Assembly (NCBI GenBank): GCA_030265395.1
Contig: JARFYF010000061.1
Location: 10,445,916-10,509,915, forward strand
Direction of reading: 5' to 3'
DNA from: Rhina ancylostomus
Taxonomy: Eukaryota
Length of the DNA stretch: 64,000 bases
How positions within the stretch are numbered: the stretch's first letter is position 1; every line of letters starts with the position of its first letter. This document shows positions 1 to 13,609 of the stretch, in pieces. A program made the translations under genes and the position numbers. The notes beneath the pieces are model-generated. The model saw nothing but the letters and a program-made list of their open reading frames with translations, ran no database searches and was not told the DNA's origin.

Positions 1-138
1 TCCTCTTCTGATCTCCAAGGAAAGATTCCTTCCAGTTACTGCCTGTGTTTGTCCTGAGGAAGTATCCTGACTCCAGTTTTGTACCCGTGTGCTGCATTTG
101 GGTTCTCTGTGAGTTTGCTCCAGATCAACATTGTGACA
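1..138 (+). mobile_element. Possible 3' end of a Gypsy-type LTR, truncated by the window start
   Basis: Ends CTGCATTTGGGTTC...TTGTGACA, resembling the termini of fish Gypsy LTRs. No partner LTR or internal domain is visible. Confidence 0.25.
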
Positions 139-199
139 GCACTGTCAATATTCCACATGAACTACAAAGATGTAGGGAAAAGCTTGATTGGTTTCCTTC

Positions 200-905
200 T
201 GTGGAGGCATAACATTCTCGCCTCATCTAACTAAAACCATCCAAAATGTAAAAACAACAATGAGCCTGGTCCAAAAACTTTCCAGAATATCATAGGGAGT
301 TAGAACTCTCCACAGCACTGCCAATTGCATAATCTCATGCAAAATGTCACTCTATCTCACGGCCCTGCAGCCGCCCACAGATATCATATACATGCAGCAA
401 TTGCTGGTCTATGGAGGTATCAAGGATCCTCAAGTATTCTCCAAATGAATGACTTTAGGTGCTGGCCCTTCCAACATCCTTCACCACTTTGGAAAGGCAT
501 GACCGATACCAATCCCCTTCCATTCACAAAGATTTGGCAAAACCAGCATGAAAGTGTTTAAAATAATACTGAGCATTCTGAGAAAAAGCAACCAAGATCT
601 GTGCCTTGGGTATCCAGATTGAAGGAGCATCTCATACAGGGAACAAAGAGCTCATCACTCACACTACAGTGAAGGTCCCTGGAATTAACCTTTTTCAAAG
701 ACAGTGGATGGCTATCAACTCACAGGCCATGCATATTAGGCTACCTGGTCCACAAATGGAAGATGCTGTGTCACCCCACATGTAACTGTGGCCATGAGTC
801 CCAAACCATGGAGGATATCAACCTGCTCATTAAGATTTGTTACAGGGGACTCTTCATCCCTCCATGTGGCATCTCAGGATTGATAGACAAGACATTGAAG
901 AGCAA
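200..905 (+). mobile_element. Decayed Vingi/Ingi-clade non-LTR retrotransposon, 3' ORF region
   Basis: Broken-frame peptides HLTKTIQNVKTTMSLVQKLSRIS, VPGINLFQRQWMAINS, HKWKM and PTCNCGHESQTMEDI (C-terminal CxCG...QTM knuckle) occur in the order expected for Vingi. Confidence 0.6.
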
Positions 906-909
906 AGTT

Positions 910-1270
910 TTTCATGTCATATAAAAGAAGGAATAATGGGGTAGATGAAAAGATGTTGTTGTTTTGTGTGTGTGGTTCAAGATCAGGCTATGGTGGTATG
1001 GATTTAAAATTTGGGGGCAGAAGTTAGAGGTGATGAGAGGAAAAGTTTTTTTTACACAGGACCGTACTGATCCTAAACTCACTGCTGTAAGCATAATGGA
1101 AACACAATCAATAGGTGTTTTCACCGGGGAACTCGAAAGGCACAAGAGAGAATAATTTGCAGGGTTATGGAGTAAGAGCAGGAGTATGGGACTGATGGTC
1201 CTGCCCTATGAAGAGCCAACATAAGAGTCTGGACTAAATGCCCTCCTTTTGTGCTGTAACAATTCTATTC
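910..1270 (+). mobile_element. CR1 LINE 3' end
   Basis: GFKIWGQKLEVMRGKVFFTQ resembles the CR1 ORF2 C-terminus. It is followed by a CR1-type tail (GGTTATGG...GCAGGAG..TGGGACTGA...GGACTAAATGCCCTCCTTTTGTGCTGTAAC). Confidence 0.7.
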
Positions 1271-1337
1271 CACCATTTCATTCTTCAATTTGCGGATGAT
1301 GTCCAGCCAGGAAAGATCTCACAATTCCCCTTAAAAC

Positions 1338-1782
1338 TTTCAGAATCACGTTTATTATCACTGAATTGTTTGTCATGAAATTTGTTGTTTTGCTGCAGCA
1401 GTGAAGTGCAAAGTTATAACAATTACTATAAATTACAAAATAAATAGTGCAAAACAAAAGGAATAATGAGGTAGTGTTCATGGGTTCGTGAACCCTTCAG
1501 ATATCTGATAGCAGAAGGAAAGAAACTGTTCCTGAAACATTGAGTGTGGGTCTTCAGGCTCCTGTACCTTCTCCCCGATGGTAGTAACGAGAAGGCGTGT
1601 CCCAGATGGTGAGGGTCCTTCGTGATAGATGCTGCCTTCTTGAGGCACTACCTCTTAAAGATATCCTCGATGGTGGGGAGGGTTGTGCCCATGATGGAGC
1701 TGGCTGAGTCTACAACCTTCTGCAGCCTCTTGCGATCCTGTGTACTGGAGCCTCCATACCAGGCTCTGATGCAACCAGACCC
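1338..1782 (-). mobile_element. Rex1/Babar LINE 3' end
   Basis: Highly similar to 7929-8397: the C-terminal AQDRKRLQ.../LLPSGRRYR region plus the shared 3' UTR (plus-strand CAGAATCA.TTTATTATCACTGA). Confidence 0.85.
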
Positions 1783-1924
1783 CTCTCATTAGTGTTTGCC
1801 ATTTGATTATCAATCCCACTTCTGCATCTAAGATCACAAACAACTGTTGTTTCTACTCTATGAATATCACCTCCATGCTCCTCTTCAACTTCCTCATCCC
1901 AGCAGCTGGTGTTACTCTCAAAAC

Positions 1925-2170
1925 CCAGTATGCATTCCATTCATCCAGAGACACACTGAACATGACCTTCACTGTGCATGAACTCCAAGAGAAACATCCA
2001 AGGGAGCAGCATCAACCATGATAAATAGCCCTTCTTGATCTCACAAAAGCATTTCACTCCATCAATCAATATGGATTGTGGAGTGTCCTCCTTACATTTG
2101 GCTACCCACAGAATTTCAGCTCCTTCACGATGGCAGAACGAGAATGCCACTTAAGCCATATCTCGCCATG
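1925..2170 (+). mobile_element. RTE-clade LINE RT fragment
   Basis: NMTFTVHELQEKH.REQHQP*.IALLDLTKAFHSINQYGLWSVLLTFGYPQNF matches the RTE RT motif DMIF..RQLQEKCREQ..PLY..FVDLTKAFD. Confidence 0.75.
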
Positions 2171-3399
2171 TGTGGCAAAGTTTTCAGATCCTTATCGGCC
2201 ACCTCAGAACCCAAAGGACTGGAGTGGGAGGAAGGCGCCCTCAATCCTAATTCTCAGAAATAATCTGAGGGCTCATTGTGCCATATTTTAATTGGAATTC
2301 ATTCCTTCCCAGGACCTCAAAGCTGCAGATTACATAACCTCCTTCATCATTTCCTTCCTCATGCAACTTGTAGGCTTTGAAAAATTTAAGTTTGGCAGCA
2401 CCTGATTGCTTTCTCTTTGTGGCTGAAATTCTCTCATTCTTCAGTACTAATGGTTCATGATCCTACACCTCTGTTTCTCTGTCACAAAAGTACAGTTATT
2501 AATACTATTCAATATTGGGTGGTTAGTCAAAATTATTTTTAAAGTTATCATCTTTCTTCCTGAAATTGTTACGTGTTGTTTCCATTTTCATTTTCTAATT
2601 TTACAATATTATTAAAGGTTTCTGTTTTAGGTGTAGTAGCGGAACTACAGAAATCCAGCAATGTTTTGACTGAGGCACCAGTAAAATGATATTGCAGCAA
2701 TCAAACTTAATTTACAGAAAACTCATAGAATTTCATCTGAGGCTCAATACTTCCTAACAAGATTTGTTGTTAAATTAAACTTGACAATCTAACTTACAGC
2801 TTCAACAAGCCTTAAAAAAAAGAAAAGATATTCAATGACCCCATTCATATTGGGTTGTTATGATTTTTGCTGTTTATTGCACTAAAGATTTAATTGTGCA
2901 AATACCCAGCATCAACAATTCAGGAAACTTAGCCATAAGAGTGCTATGCTGGTTGTTATGCAATGCCACAATTTCCACACTCTCTTACGTGCCTCACTCA
3001 ACTCTAGCCCCAAATGCATTTCAGCTCATTAAAATGGTCCAAAAAGCTGTACATTGGTTACACTTGCTCAAAATGAGTTTAGCATTAAGCCCAGAACTTG
3101 AAGCACAACAGATAAAATTTTTTGTTATTGCTGTTTTTATGTCTTTTTTTTGTACATTCTGTTCCATTAAATTTCATCAGTATTGTCATGTTAAAGCACA
3201 AACTATTTCCACAATTGCACGTTCTTGAACATGCCATGGCTATTGTACAATAATGGTATCTGGATAGCTTGAAACTGTAATTTTCAGACCTTATGTGTAT
3301 GCATTCAAAGCTTTTCTGGAAGGAGAATAGTTTGCACCCATTTTTTGCATTCCGAAGAAAGGTTAGCAAAAAAAATATTTGGGTGAAAATAAGTATGCA

Positions 3400-3682
3400 A
3401 GGGAGGTGTTGAGTCCCAGGTCTTGGTGATGAGTTTGCTTGGAACGATAATATTGAAGGCAGAGCTGTAGTCAATAAACAATAGTCTAACATAGGTGTCT
3501 TTAATGTCCAGATGCTCCAGAGATGAGCATAGGGCCAGGAAGGTGGAGTCCACCATAGGCCTGTCTTGGCAGAAGGCAAATTGCAGTGGGTCGAGTTTTT
3601 TCTGGGTGGCCGGAGTTATTGCATGCCATGACCAGCTTCTCGAAGCACTTCATGATGGTGGATGTCAGAGCCACTAGGTGGT
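3400..3682 (-). mobile_element. Rex1/Babar RT fragment
   Basis: ORF-track peptides [15 protein letters not shown] and [34 protein letters not shown]. Confidence 0.85.
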
Positions 3683-5877
3683 ACATGGTATTTCAGTTTT
3701 ATTTTGTATATTTTGAGGCAAGAAACTTGCATATGGTTATTCTAACATTTCTACACTTAGATGCATTAACTTGTATGCATCTTTTATCTCACATGTAGCT
3801 ATTCTTTATGTTGTTCACCTTCCTGTTGTCTCGTACCACAACCTTGGGAAGCCTCTCCCCAATGCACTTGTTCCCAGTCAACCAAGTGCTTAATTTTTAA
3901 ATTCACAGTCTTGCATTCAAAACTATCCACACACTTTCCCCCATAAGAGCACCATATACCTGCTGATCACCTAGGAAAAGACAATGCTTAGTTTAGATCC
4001 TAGATAGGATAGATATTATTGTTGCTTTCGTGACATCAGGCCATGGAGTACTGATCAGAGTGAATCACGTGAGCTGGAACCACGCCTAGGAGACCAGACC
4101 TCCTTCAACTAGCTTACATATATTTGGAAAATCATCCTTCAAACAATTTTTATCCTCACATGCTGGCACAGGAGTAGGCCAAAAGACTGACCACATTAGC
4201 CTGCCTTTTCCCTTGTTCATTGAGTCAGAAGATCTCTCTATGCAAATCTATTTTGAGCTGACCAAATTCAGACACTGAAATTGTGGAAACATGATTAGAT
4301 GGTTCATTGTAAAGATCCTCCATAAAATATAACTTGGGTGCATACAACCTTATTGTATCAATAAAAAATAATGCAAAATAATTGGGGCTTGATGGCTATA
4401 TGTAACGATCAGTATAACATCAGGAAATTTCCATGTGGATAGCGGATTCAATTGCCCCATAATTTGTATCACAGCTCATCCAAGAAATAATGATGTATGA
4501 TAGTTTTAGCAGATCAATAAAAAATGGATACTGGAGATTGTAAGAAGCATTTTATCTTTGGATGTATGATTGCCATGGATTCAAAACCTCAGATCATGGA
4601 ACCATACTGAGCACCAGTACACGCAATTATCATGATGTGAGGAAGCTTTCCTGGCTGCTTTGCTATTCAGGGCACAGTTCTTTCGTGTTATAATTAGTGA
4701 TTTCGCTTCTGAACCTCTAGAGTTTCCTAGTGAGATTCAGAAAAAAAAACCAGAATTTCAATTACCGGAATATAAGACTATCATTGGTTATCCAGTGTTA
4801 GGGCCTGCCTGGCCTTTCATTCTGTTCTCAGTGGTCAAGAATAAAAGGTTTACCCAAACCAGATGCTTAAGTGAATAACTGATCTTCATTTGAATCACTT
4901 AATTACCTACTAATAACAGAAGAGTTTTACGGAGTCCAATGGAGAATTCTTTACTTGGCTTTTGAGTATTTCTTTGTGATTTTATTCCCCACATGTCCCT
5001 GAGTCCTAGCATAGATATGTCTAACCTATGTCATGGATAGAGCTTTGGAGATTCAAATACTCTTTCAATATTTGTCAGTGGGAGACAAAGAATCACAACA
5101 TTTCCTCATAAAATATTGTAACCGTAGTCCCTCACACAATAGCCAAATACCCAGTAAGTGTCAAATTAATGGCAATTTCAAACATTTTTATATCATGAAC
5201 AAGTTTTCTTTCACATCTATGTTCAAATTAAATAGACGGTTAAACAATGGGTACATTTGCAAGGTTCGACTCTGAGGTGGCAGTATCATGTTATGAAACA
5301 GGGCCCATCGTTGAACAGAGCAAATAATTCTGCATTGTATTCCCCCATGCAGCCAGAATCCTCTGCTTATTGATATTTAATTTTTAAGTTCAGAATGAGC
5401 TAATATTTAAACTAATCAGCAAGCTGCCTTGAAACTTTAGTCTTTGAAGCAAACTCTCTACTTTCAGCTGGAAGGAAATCCTGACAATTATAATAAGGAT
5501 GTTATAGATGTACTGAGGTGTAATCATTTCTTTCATTTGTGCCTAAACCTAAATGAACCAGAATTGGTCATCAACAGTGGGGAAAGTTCTGTTTCTGTTC
5601 CTGAATACTGAATTGGAAACATGACACATGAACACAATCAGCCTTGATAGTAAAGTTCTTCCCAACTGGAGAATCTGCTAACCAACTTGTCTCGGCTTCA
5701 GTTAGAATCAGTGACACCTCTCCCCCAACTCCTACTCCCATGTCACCACCTCTAAGTCCCAAGCAAATACACCACAAAGCAACTATTATTTATCCAGGTT
5801 AGAAATAAAGAAATCCAGTAGTTGAGAGAAGCAAATTGTTAATGAATAAAAGGAAATAAATGATGAAAGGAAAATAA

Positions 5878-6135
5878 ATTGCATTTATATAGCACCTTTG
5901 TTGACTTCAAGGCATCCCCAAAGTATTTGTTCTAAATGTGGTCACTGTGGCGATCATAAAAAGGTAGAATAAATTTGTGCACAGCTGCCTTCCAGAAATC
6001 CATGTCACAAAACTAGCTAAGAAAGCCTCCCATTTTTCTTTTAAAATGGTCCCTTGGTGATCATTTATGTCTCCTTGAGGGAGCATCTGAAACACAGCAC
6101 CTGGTACAGTCCAGCACTCCCTCAATATTCCATGA
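5878..6135 (-). mobile_element. Deu-domain SINE (SacSINE1/AmnSINE-like), decayed
   Basis: Plus-strand TTGCATTTATATAGCACCTTT...CATCCCCAAAGT...GGTCACTGT...AATTTGTGCACAGC...CAGCACTCCCTCA, shared with the copies at 20615 and 22995. Confidence 0.55.
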
Positions 6136-7928
6136 GAATCATAGCTTAAAACTCTTTATTTTTTTTCAGAAGTGGGAAATGCCAGCACAAAACAAATGAA
6201 AGGAAACCAATTTTATCGATCTGGATGTTGCAATCAACAACGAGCAAACAGGAGATTGCAGAAAATACCAGCAGAACTGTCTGTGAAAAGGACTTTCACA
6301 TCATCAGTATCCGACAGAGCAGAAACCGTATCATATGGGGCAGCCACAATTAGTTCTGCCCACAAGTACAGCAATAACATTAGATTGTTGGCTATGTAGT
6401 ACCTCCATGAAATTTAGCTGCAGCTGTCAAATATTTTAAGCTTTTAAAAACAGTCTAAATGTTTTTGATGCATTCAAAAACTTCTCAAATCTTAAATATA
6501 ACTGCTTAAAAACAAAAATAAGTAACAAGAAAAATCATTTTAAACACTACAAAATCTAAATTAATAAGCCATTAGAGAATTTTTGAAAAATTCTTGCAAA
6601 GATTGGAAAAAAATGTTATTGAACTAATAATCTATCTGAAAGACTTCTTACATTACCAAACTTACCTGAGGCTCTCACAGTCATTACCTTCCATTAAAAT
6701 CAAAGGAGAATGTCCTTGCACCACTTGGAACTTAACACAGATTTTCTGATGAGTTTGTATGATAAGTGTTGGGAAATTAGCCCAAATTCCTCTTTGCACA
6801 CTGAACTCTATGGTGAACCCAGTGTTGGAGAGCAGCCTGCTGGCTCACAATGAATTGGTGACAGCAATTTCTGGATTTCCGCATTCGAATTCAGATGAAC
6901 AAAAATCCCAATGCTGCTGTCAATTCTGTAGGGTAATAACAGTAAATGCTGACAGTTCCACCGTCATTACTCCACAAAATCTGAGCCATTATCTTTAAAG
7001 GCTTGCAATATGATGTGCTCTCAGTTTGCCCTACTTATGGGTGAAGGTCCAGCTTTTAGAAAGTGTCAGAATCGTAGAATAACTATTATGGTACTGATAG
7101 AAATAGTTTGCCTTCTCTCTATAGTAACTGAACATGCAATCCATTGTCATGCAAGTATAACTTGTGTAGAAGATCATGTATTCAATCACATCAGTTGAAA
7201 ATGCTAAGACTAATATTTTTGTCACAGTTATTTTCTATTCTGTAAGTATTCGACCGGCTTCAAACAAATACACTATCATTGCTGTTCATGAACTCTTTAA
7301 CAGAAGCGATACATTTTGATTCCTGAAAGTGATGCATTGTGAAATATGGCATCATGAAGTGTACTCATGTGAAGAAAGATCAGTTTATATCCTTGACATT
7401 AAGATATAACCTCATCCCACTATAGTTGTTTCCATAATAATAAATGGTTAATGTTTCTTGGGCAGTGTATTCCATTTCTGGATCTTTAAGGTTTTAACAG
7501 TGCTCATCAATGATTTCAGAAAGTTTCAAAATATAGAATTCCAATGTCTGGAATAAAAATAGCTATGTACACACTGGCTGTGCTACCAATAAAAACATAT
7601 GGCTTTCAAGCAATATGATTCAATAATTTATATTTATAGTTGGCCGTTTTACCTACAAAACATGTGCATAAGAATTAGCACTGAAAGAGGCAACTCAAAT
7701 GAACTTGGCAGGCTTGAACTGCTGTGTCCATGGAAGTGTCAATCTAAAGAGGAAAATGGGTTCAAGTGGTACAATTACAGGTTTACAGAGATATCTCTGA
7801 ACTTGATTTTAAGGAGTTTCTCTGTAGATGAAGGAAAGTAAGTTAGAATCCAGGAATGAACAGATAACTGCACAGTAGGAGTGGGTTTGATGGGACCAAA
7901 AAGCATAATATTCTACTGTATTTCTTTA

Positions 7929-9515
7929 TATCAGAATCATATTTATTATCACTGACATAGATGCCATGAAATTTGTTGTTTTACAGCAGCAGTACAGTGC
8001 AAAGACATAAAATTACCAGACATTACAAAAATAAATAAGTAGTGCAAAACAAAAGGAATAACGGGGCAGAGTTCATGGGTTCATGGACTGTTCAGAAATC
8101 TGATAGCGGAGAGGAAGAAGCTGTTTCTGAATCATTGAGTTTGGGTCTTCAGGATCCTGTACCTTCTCCCCGATGGCAGTAACAAGAAGAGGGCATTTCC
8201 TAGATGGTGAGGCTCCTTAGTGATGGTTGCCATCTTCTTGAGGCACCTCCCCTTGAAGATGTCGTTGATGGTGGGGAGGCTTGTACCTGTAATGGATTTG
8301 GCTAAGTCTACAACCCTCTGCAGCTTCTTGCGATCCTGTGCATTGGAGCATCCATACCAGGCTGTGATGCAACCAGTCAGAATACTCTTCAGCGCACNNN
8401 NNNNNNNNNNNNNNNNNNNNNNNNNNNNNNNNNNNNNNNNNNNNNNNNNNNNNNNNNNNNNNNNNNNNNNNNNNNNNNNNNNNNNNNNNNNNNNNNNNNN
8501 NNNNNNNNNNNNNNNNNNNNNNNNNNNNNNNNNNNNNNNNNNNNNNNNNNNNTACTGACCCCTCAATAGTAACTGGTGTGTGTTCTCCTGATTTCCCCTT
8601 CCTGAAGTCCAAGTCAATTCCTTGGTCTTGCTGACATTGAGTGTGAGGTTGTTCTTGCACTTAACCACTCAACCAGCCTCTCACTCCCGTATGCCTTCTC
8701 GTTGCCATCTGAGATTCTACCAGCAATCATGGTGTCATCGGCAAATTTATAGCTGGTGTTTGAGTTGTGCTTAGCCACACAGTCTTGAGTGTAGAGAGAC
8801 TAGAGTAGTAGGCTAAGCACGCATTCTTAAGGTGCGCCTGTGTTGATCGTTAGCAAAGACGGCACTGACTATGGTCTCCCGATAAGGAAGTCGAGGATCC
8901 AGTTGCAGAGGGAGGTACAGAGGCCCAGGTTTTGAAGCTTGATGATTAGTACTGAAGGGATGGTGATGTTGAACGCCGAGCTATAATCGATAAACTGCAG
9001 CCTGATGTATGTTTTGCTGTTGTCTAGGTTCTCCAAAGCCGAGTGGAGAGACAGTAAGATTGCATCTGCTGTAGACCTGTTGTGGCAGTAGGTAAATTGC
9101 AGCGGGTGCAGGTCCTTGCTCAGGCAGGGGTTAGTTCTAGCCAGGACCAACCTCTCAAAGCACTTAATTACGGTAGATGGGAGAGCTACAGGGTGATAGT
9201 CATTGAGACAGCTCACCCTGCTCTTCTTGGGCACCAGTATGATTGCTGCCCTTTTGGAGCAGGTGGAAACCTCAGACTGCAACTGTGAGAGGTTGAAGAT
9301 ATCCTTGAAAACTCCAGCCAGTTAGTCAGCACAGGTTTTCAGTACCTGGCCAGGTACACCATCAGGTCCTGACACCTTGTGAGGGTTCACCCGCTTGAAG
9401 AATGTTCTGACATCAACCTCTGAGACAGAGATCACAGTGTTGCCAGATGCTGTTGGGGATTCTCACAAGTGTAGTGTTATTCTCCTTTTCAAAGCATGCA
9501 TAAAAAGCATTGAGT
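7929..9515 (-). mobile_element. 5'-truncated Rex1/Babar LINE (RT, C-terminal domain, 3' UTR), pseudogenised, spans a gap
   Basis: [20 protein letters not shown]...FIDYSSAFN...[19 protein letters not shown] near 8731-8748, LTLNVSKTKEL, SILTGCITAWYG...LFLLLPSGRRYR. Stops and frameshifts are present. Confidence 0.92.
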
Positions 9516-9924
9516 TTTGTTCAGTTAGGTAATTAAATAATATAAGATCCATTCCAGTAAAGAATTATTTCACCTGACTTTGAGTAACCAAGTTGTACTT
9601 TAACTTACCATTGATCCTTCAGTAAAACTATCATAAAACCTTCCATTTCCTCCTCGATAGGTGGGTTAACTTTTTGTAGTCAATCATTTAGCTTGAAGGT
9701 GTAATGTGTGCACTGTGAAGCAGTTGCTGACTGCTGAGGATCTTCTGCTGCTCGCACTTTCCAAAGTGGAATGTTCATATATCTTTCAACTGGTGAACAA
9801 GGATAGCTAATTAACGGCAGAAAGGCAATCAGTGCCCACTGCACAGAACACTTCACATAACTTCTCAGCTGAGAGTTTGCCTTCAATGCAAGTCTCCTTG
9901 ACATAATCCCACGCAACACTATTT

Positions 9925-10680
9925 AGCCCAATCACTATGCCATCCCAGACTCAGAGGCATTGAAAAGGCCAACTGAAAAGTAAGGCAGCCTCTGGAGAAG
10001 ATAATGTCCCTGCTTCACAAATGTGCTGATGAAACTTTGCTTCAACTTGGCTAAAACTTAGCCTCAGAAATGTGTAGCTACCTCTCCAAACTAAGGGAGG
10101 AGGTGGACATGCCAAGGCATGTTAGAGATAGTGGAATTGTGATCATTGTCAAGATTGGAGAAGAAACCTGATTACAGTAACTGCAGAGATGTCTCCCTTC
10201 TGACTGCCACAGGGAAAATTATCACAAGGGTACTCCTCAACCATTTCCTTCCCAGTGGCCCAAATTCAATGTGGATTCCATCCATCAAGAGACACAGTGA
10301 ACATGATCATTGTGATAACTCCAAAAAGCTATAGGAAGTAGCATCAACCACTATACGTAGCCTTTTCTTCACATTTACAAAAGCCATTGACTCTGTCAGC
10401 CACGAGAGACAGTGCCCAATCTCCTCAAAATTGACTATCCCACAGAAATTCTTGCCCAGCCTACACCTGCTACAAGGTTACATGAAAACCATGATTCTAA
10501 ATATTGGGACCGATACAGACCAGACCCAACCCAGTGCAGACTGGGAAAAGCAAGTGCATCATCACTCTATTCTCAGTCTTTCTCAACAAAATACTCCAGC
10601 TCAAGTCCAACAAACTTCCCACTGGAGTAATGTGAATCAATAAGACAAATGGGAAAATGTTCAACCACCACCCCTACCTC
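9925..10680 (+). mobile_element. Decayed RTE-clade LINE RT region
   Basis: DYSNCRDVSLLTATGKIITRVLLNH, a QCGF..SRDTVNMI-like segment and FTKAIDSV. Same family as 1925-2170. Confidence 0.75.
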
Positions 10681-11429
10681 CTTTGTTTCCACTTCAGAAT
10701 GCACTCATACATACTCAACATTTATAGCCAGCAACAATTCCATCAATATGAATCTGATTTGGCTCACAATTGTGTTGCCTAACCATAACAATAGATTGAT
10801 ATCAAGCTTAAGATTTAAAATCAAGAGTGGGGGAAAACAAGAGAGACAGGAGACTAGATAAAATTAACCAATTTTGAGGAGCAGTGAAAGAATGTATTAG
10901 ATAGGAAAAATATGCGATCTGTTCTGATTGCTGTCAGTTGAAAGGATCTGCAAACTAAGCACAGATATCAGATAAATTTAGGTTTGTTAGTGGACTTTGC
11001 TCTCGATAATGTTGACATTTCATTGAGCTAAGTTTTGAAATGAACTGAAACACAAAATGTTCAAGTTACTATTTGTACTTTTGCAACAATTTGCAATGCT
11101 GATATAATAAAGATGTTTCATCAGCTAATATTTGAGGTTATTATTTTCCAGTTATGTTCCACTCTCCTTCAAATCTGCCATGAAACTCTCCTCCAACCTT
11201 TATTCCTCTGTCATTCCAAACTACACCATCATCTCCAACATCCCCTGTCCTCTCCAAGTCCTTGAATATTTTGTTGCCTTTCCCATCGATGCCCATTTTC
11301 TAGACATTCATGTTGATCCCCAGCCACAGGAGTGAAATGGCCATTGTCAAAGACACAATATATACCCAACATAACTGTGATTACATATCCTTCACACTAG
11401 ATATTTCTGATGTTAACCCAAACTGTTCA

Positions 11430-11740
11430 CATCTGACACCGAACTAAATTTCCAATTATATATACTCTCCATCACCAAGTCCATCTACTTCAATCTCTTT
11501 GATATCACCCTTCTTCACCCCACATTTTCTTGTCTGTTGAAGCCTACATCTGTGCCTTAGTTAACTTTTGCCTTGATGGTTCCAAGATTTGCCCTTTGCA
11601 TCTACCACCTTATTTCCTACATAAACTTAAAATCATTCAAAACTCGGTTGCAATTTTCCCAATCAGCATCTAAATGTTTTCTAGCCTATGTTTCCTCCTA
11701 GTTCATCAATGCTTTGGATTCTCATCTCTGATTCTAAATC
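11430..11740 (+). mobile_element. L2 LINE ORF2 C-terminal fragment
   Basis: SITKSIYFNLFDITLLHP, EAYICALVNFCLDGS and KLKIIQNSVA resemble L2 motifs (ITK.AYFHL.NI, HAFVTSRLDY, KLQ.IQN.AAR). Confidence 0.55.
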
Positions 11741-12480
11741 ATAGAACCATTGAAATTGATGCCTCTGAAAGGAGTCCATTTGGTCTATTGTGTCAATGCT
11801 CACCAATAATGAAGTTGTTTAGAATTAATTCCATTTTGCAGGCCTTGGTCATTAGGTTATGGCTCTTACTCACCCAAGATATTTTTAATTGGAGTGAGAT
11901 TCTGCTGTCACCATCCTTTCAAGCAGTGAATTCCAAACCCCACAAGCCTTTGGGTGAAGAAAAGTCTTTATGTTCTTTTGTCAATGAAGTTAAAGCTATA
12001 TCTCCATTATTAACCCCTCTGCCATGAGAAATTGGTCTTTTCTGTTGTCCAATCTAGTCCTCAATTTTACACATCTCAAATAACTGTCCCCTTCATATCT
12101 TTAGTTTCAAAGAAAAGAAACACAGGCTGATCAGTCGCCCTTCATGACTAAAATCTTCTGGACCTCGCAACATACACATAAACCTCCCCTGCATCCTCAC
12201 ATTGATATAAACCAAAAGAAGGAAGTGACTATATACTGAGTAAAACCCCACTGAATACAATCCTCCAATCACAAAGACATACATCTTCCATTACCCCTTG
12301 TTTTCTCCCATTGAATCAATATTTAATTCAGTGGCACTTTCCCTTAGAGCCTTTTACTTTTTGCTGAATATGCCATTCAAGACCTTGTTAAAATCCATGT
12401 TGAATTCCTCATATGACTATCTCATTGCATTCATTGTTAACTCCTCAAAAAATTAATCAGGGTCACCAGACATGACTCTC
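11740..12480 (-). mobile_element. Decayed CR1 LINE
   Basis: Reverse-strand CR1-type tail at 11740-11800, an FSHEGRLISLCFFSLK peptide, and RT-like remnants near 12380-12480. Confidence 0.5.
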
Positions 12481-13160
12481 CCACCATGTTGCAAGGCATT
12501 TCAACTCCCCTCCCCATTACCATGCCGACCTATCTGTCCATGACCTCCTCCACTGCCAGGGTGAGGCCAAACATTGTCTAGAGGAACAGCACTTCATCTT
12601 CCACCTGGTTAGTCTACAACGCAATGGAATTTCTCCAATGTTAGGTAGCTCACACCCCTTCTGTTCCTTCCTCTCTCCTGATCCACCCAGGTCATCTCAC
12701 ACACGCACTTCTTTCCAATCCCTACCCCAAGCCCTCTCTTTCCAAGTTTCTTTCCCCTCCCCACCTGGATCCATTTGCCTACCACCCATTCACTCTACCC
12801 ACGCAGTCCCATCCTCCCTCCCCACTGTTCTATTTTCCTCAGCAGCCCTCCCATGTTCCACTCACCACCTTCCTTTCTTATCAGATTCCAAAATCTACAG
12901 CCCTTTGCTGCTTCCACCTATCACCTCCCAGCCTCGGTCACTATTTCTTACCCCTCCCTCCCCCACCTGGCTTCATCCACCCATCAAAGCATCCTCGCCT
13001 GGATCTACCTATCACTTGCCAGCTCCTTCCTCATCACCCTCCCACCTCTTTATACTGGCTATTTCCCCTTTGCACTTGCCTTCCTGATGCAGAGTCCTGA
13101 CTCAAAAGGTCAACTATCCCTTTGCCTCCACAGATACTGCCTGCCCTGCCCTCTTTTATT
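12480..13160 (+). mobile_element. Penelope-like element 3' end: GIY-YIG endonuclease C-terminus, pyrimidine-rich UTR and pseudo-LTR with a decayed hammerhead core
   Basis: From 12485 the frame reads HVARHFNSPPHYHADLSVHDLLHCQGEAKHCLEEQHFIFHLVSLQRNG (PLE EN motif VA.HFN...H...LEEQHLIF.LG.LQP.G). 13084-13111 reads CTGATGC-AGAGTC-CT-GACTC-AAAA-GGTC. Confidence 0.8.
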
Positions 13161-13609
13161 ACATAAATTTACTTTTTGTTACCTTCTTCACCTCCTCTGA
13201 CCCTACAACCTTCCAGGACCCACACAGTCCTTTTGCATTGTGTCCATCGCAGTTAGCTGTGACTTGAACTACCTTCGACACTTAGCTCTGAAATACTCTC
13301 CCCAAAACTCTGCACTTCATTGCTTAGTCATGAAAGCCTACCTCAACTGGCCCAGTGTCTCATACTCTGAGTTACTGATGAAATTTGTTCAATAAATGCT
13401 CCTGTAAGATACCTTGAGTTGTTTTCCTAAGGCAATAGTGTAATATAAATGTAATTTGTTGTTGTGAAGAACTGCCAAGACTATTTCCCTGCAATACAAT
13501 CTGTACAGATGACCAAATAATATTATCTTGTCCAACTGACAATCTTCTAGCCCCTGTGTAGCTCGTGGATTATCCAGCAAAGTTATTGGCCAAAGCGATT
13601 CAGCAGGAT

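Noticed and set aside
3671-3684. CTCF-like CCACTAGGTGGTAC
   Set aside because: It sits at the edge of a Rex1 RT fragment, has a mismatch at a conserved C, and is probably coincidental.
6640-6990. Possible MITE or DNA-transposon remnant (similar unclassified repeat-like DNA at ~62200-63120)
   Set aside because: It resembles elasmobranch non-autonomous repeats, but no TIR pair, TSD or second copy could be shown within the window.
12638-13200. 141- and 149-aa Pro/Ser-rich ORFs
   Set aside because: They are translations of the C/T-rich Penelope 3' UTR; the low stop density is compositional.
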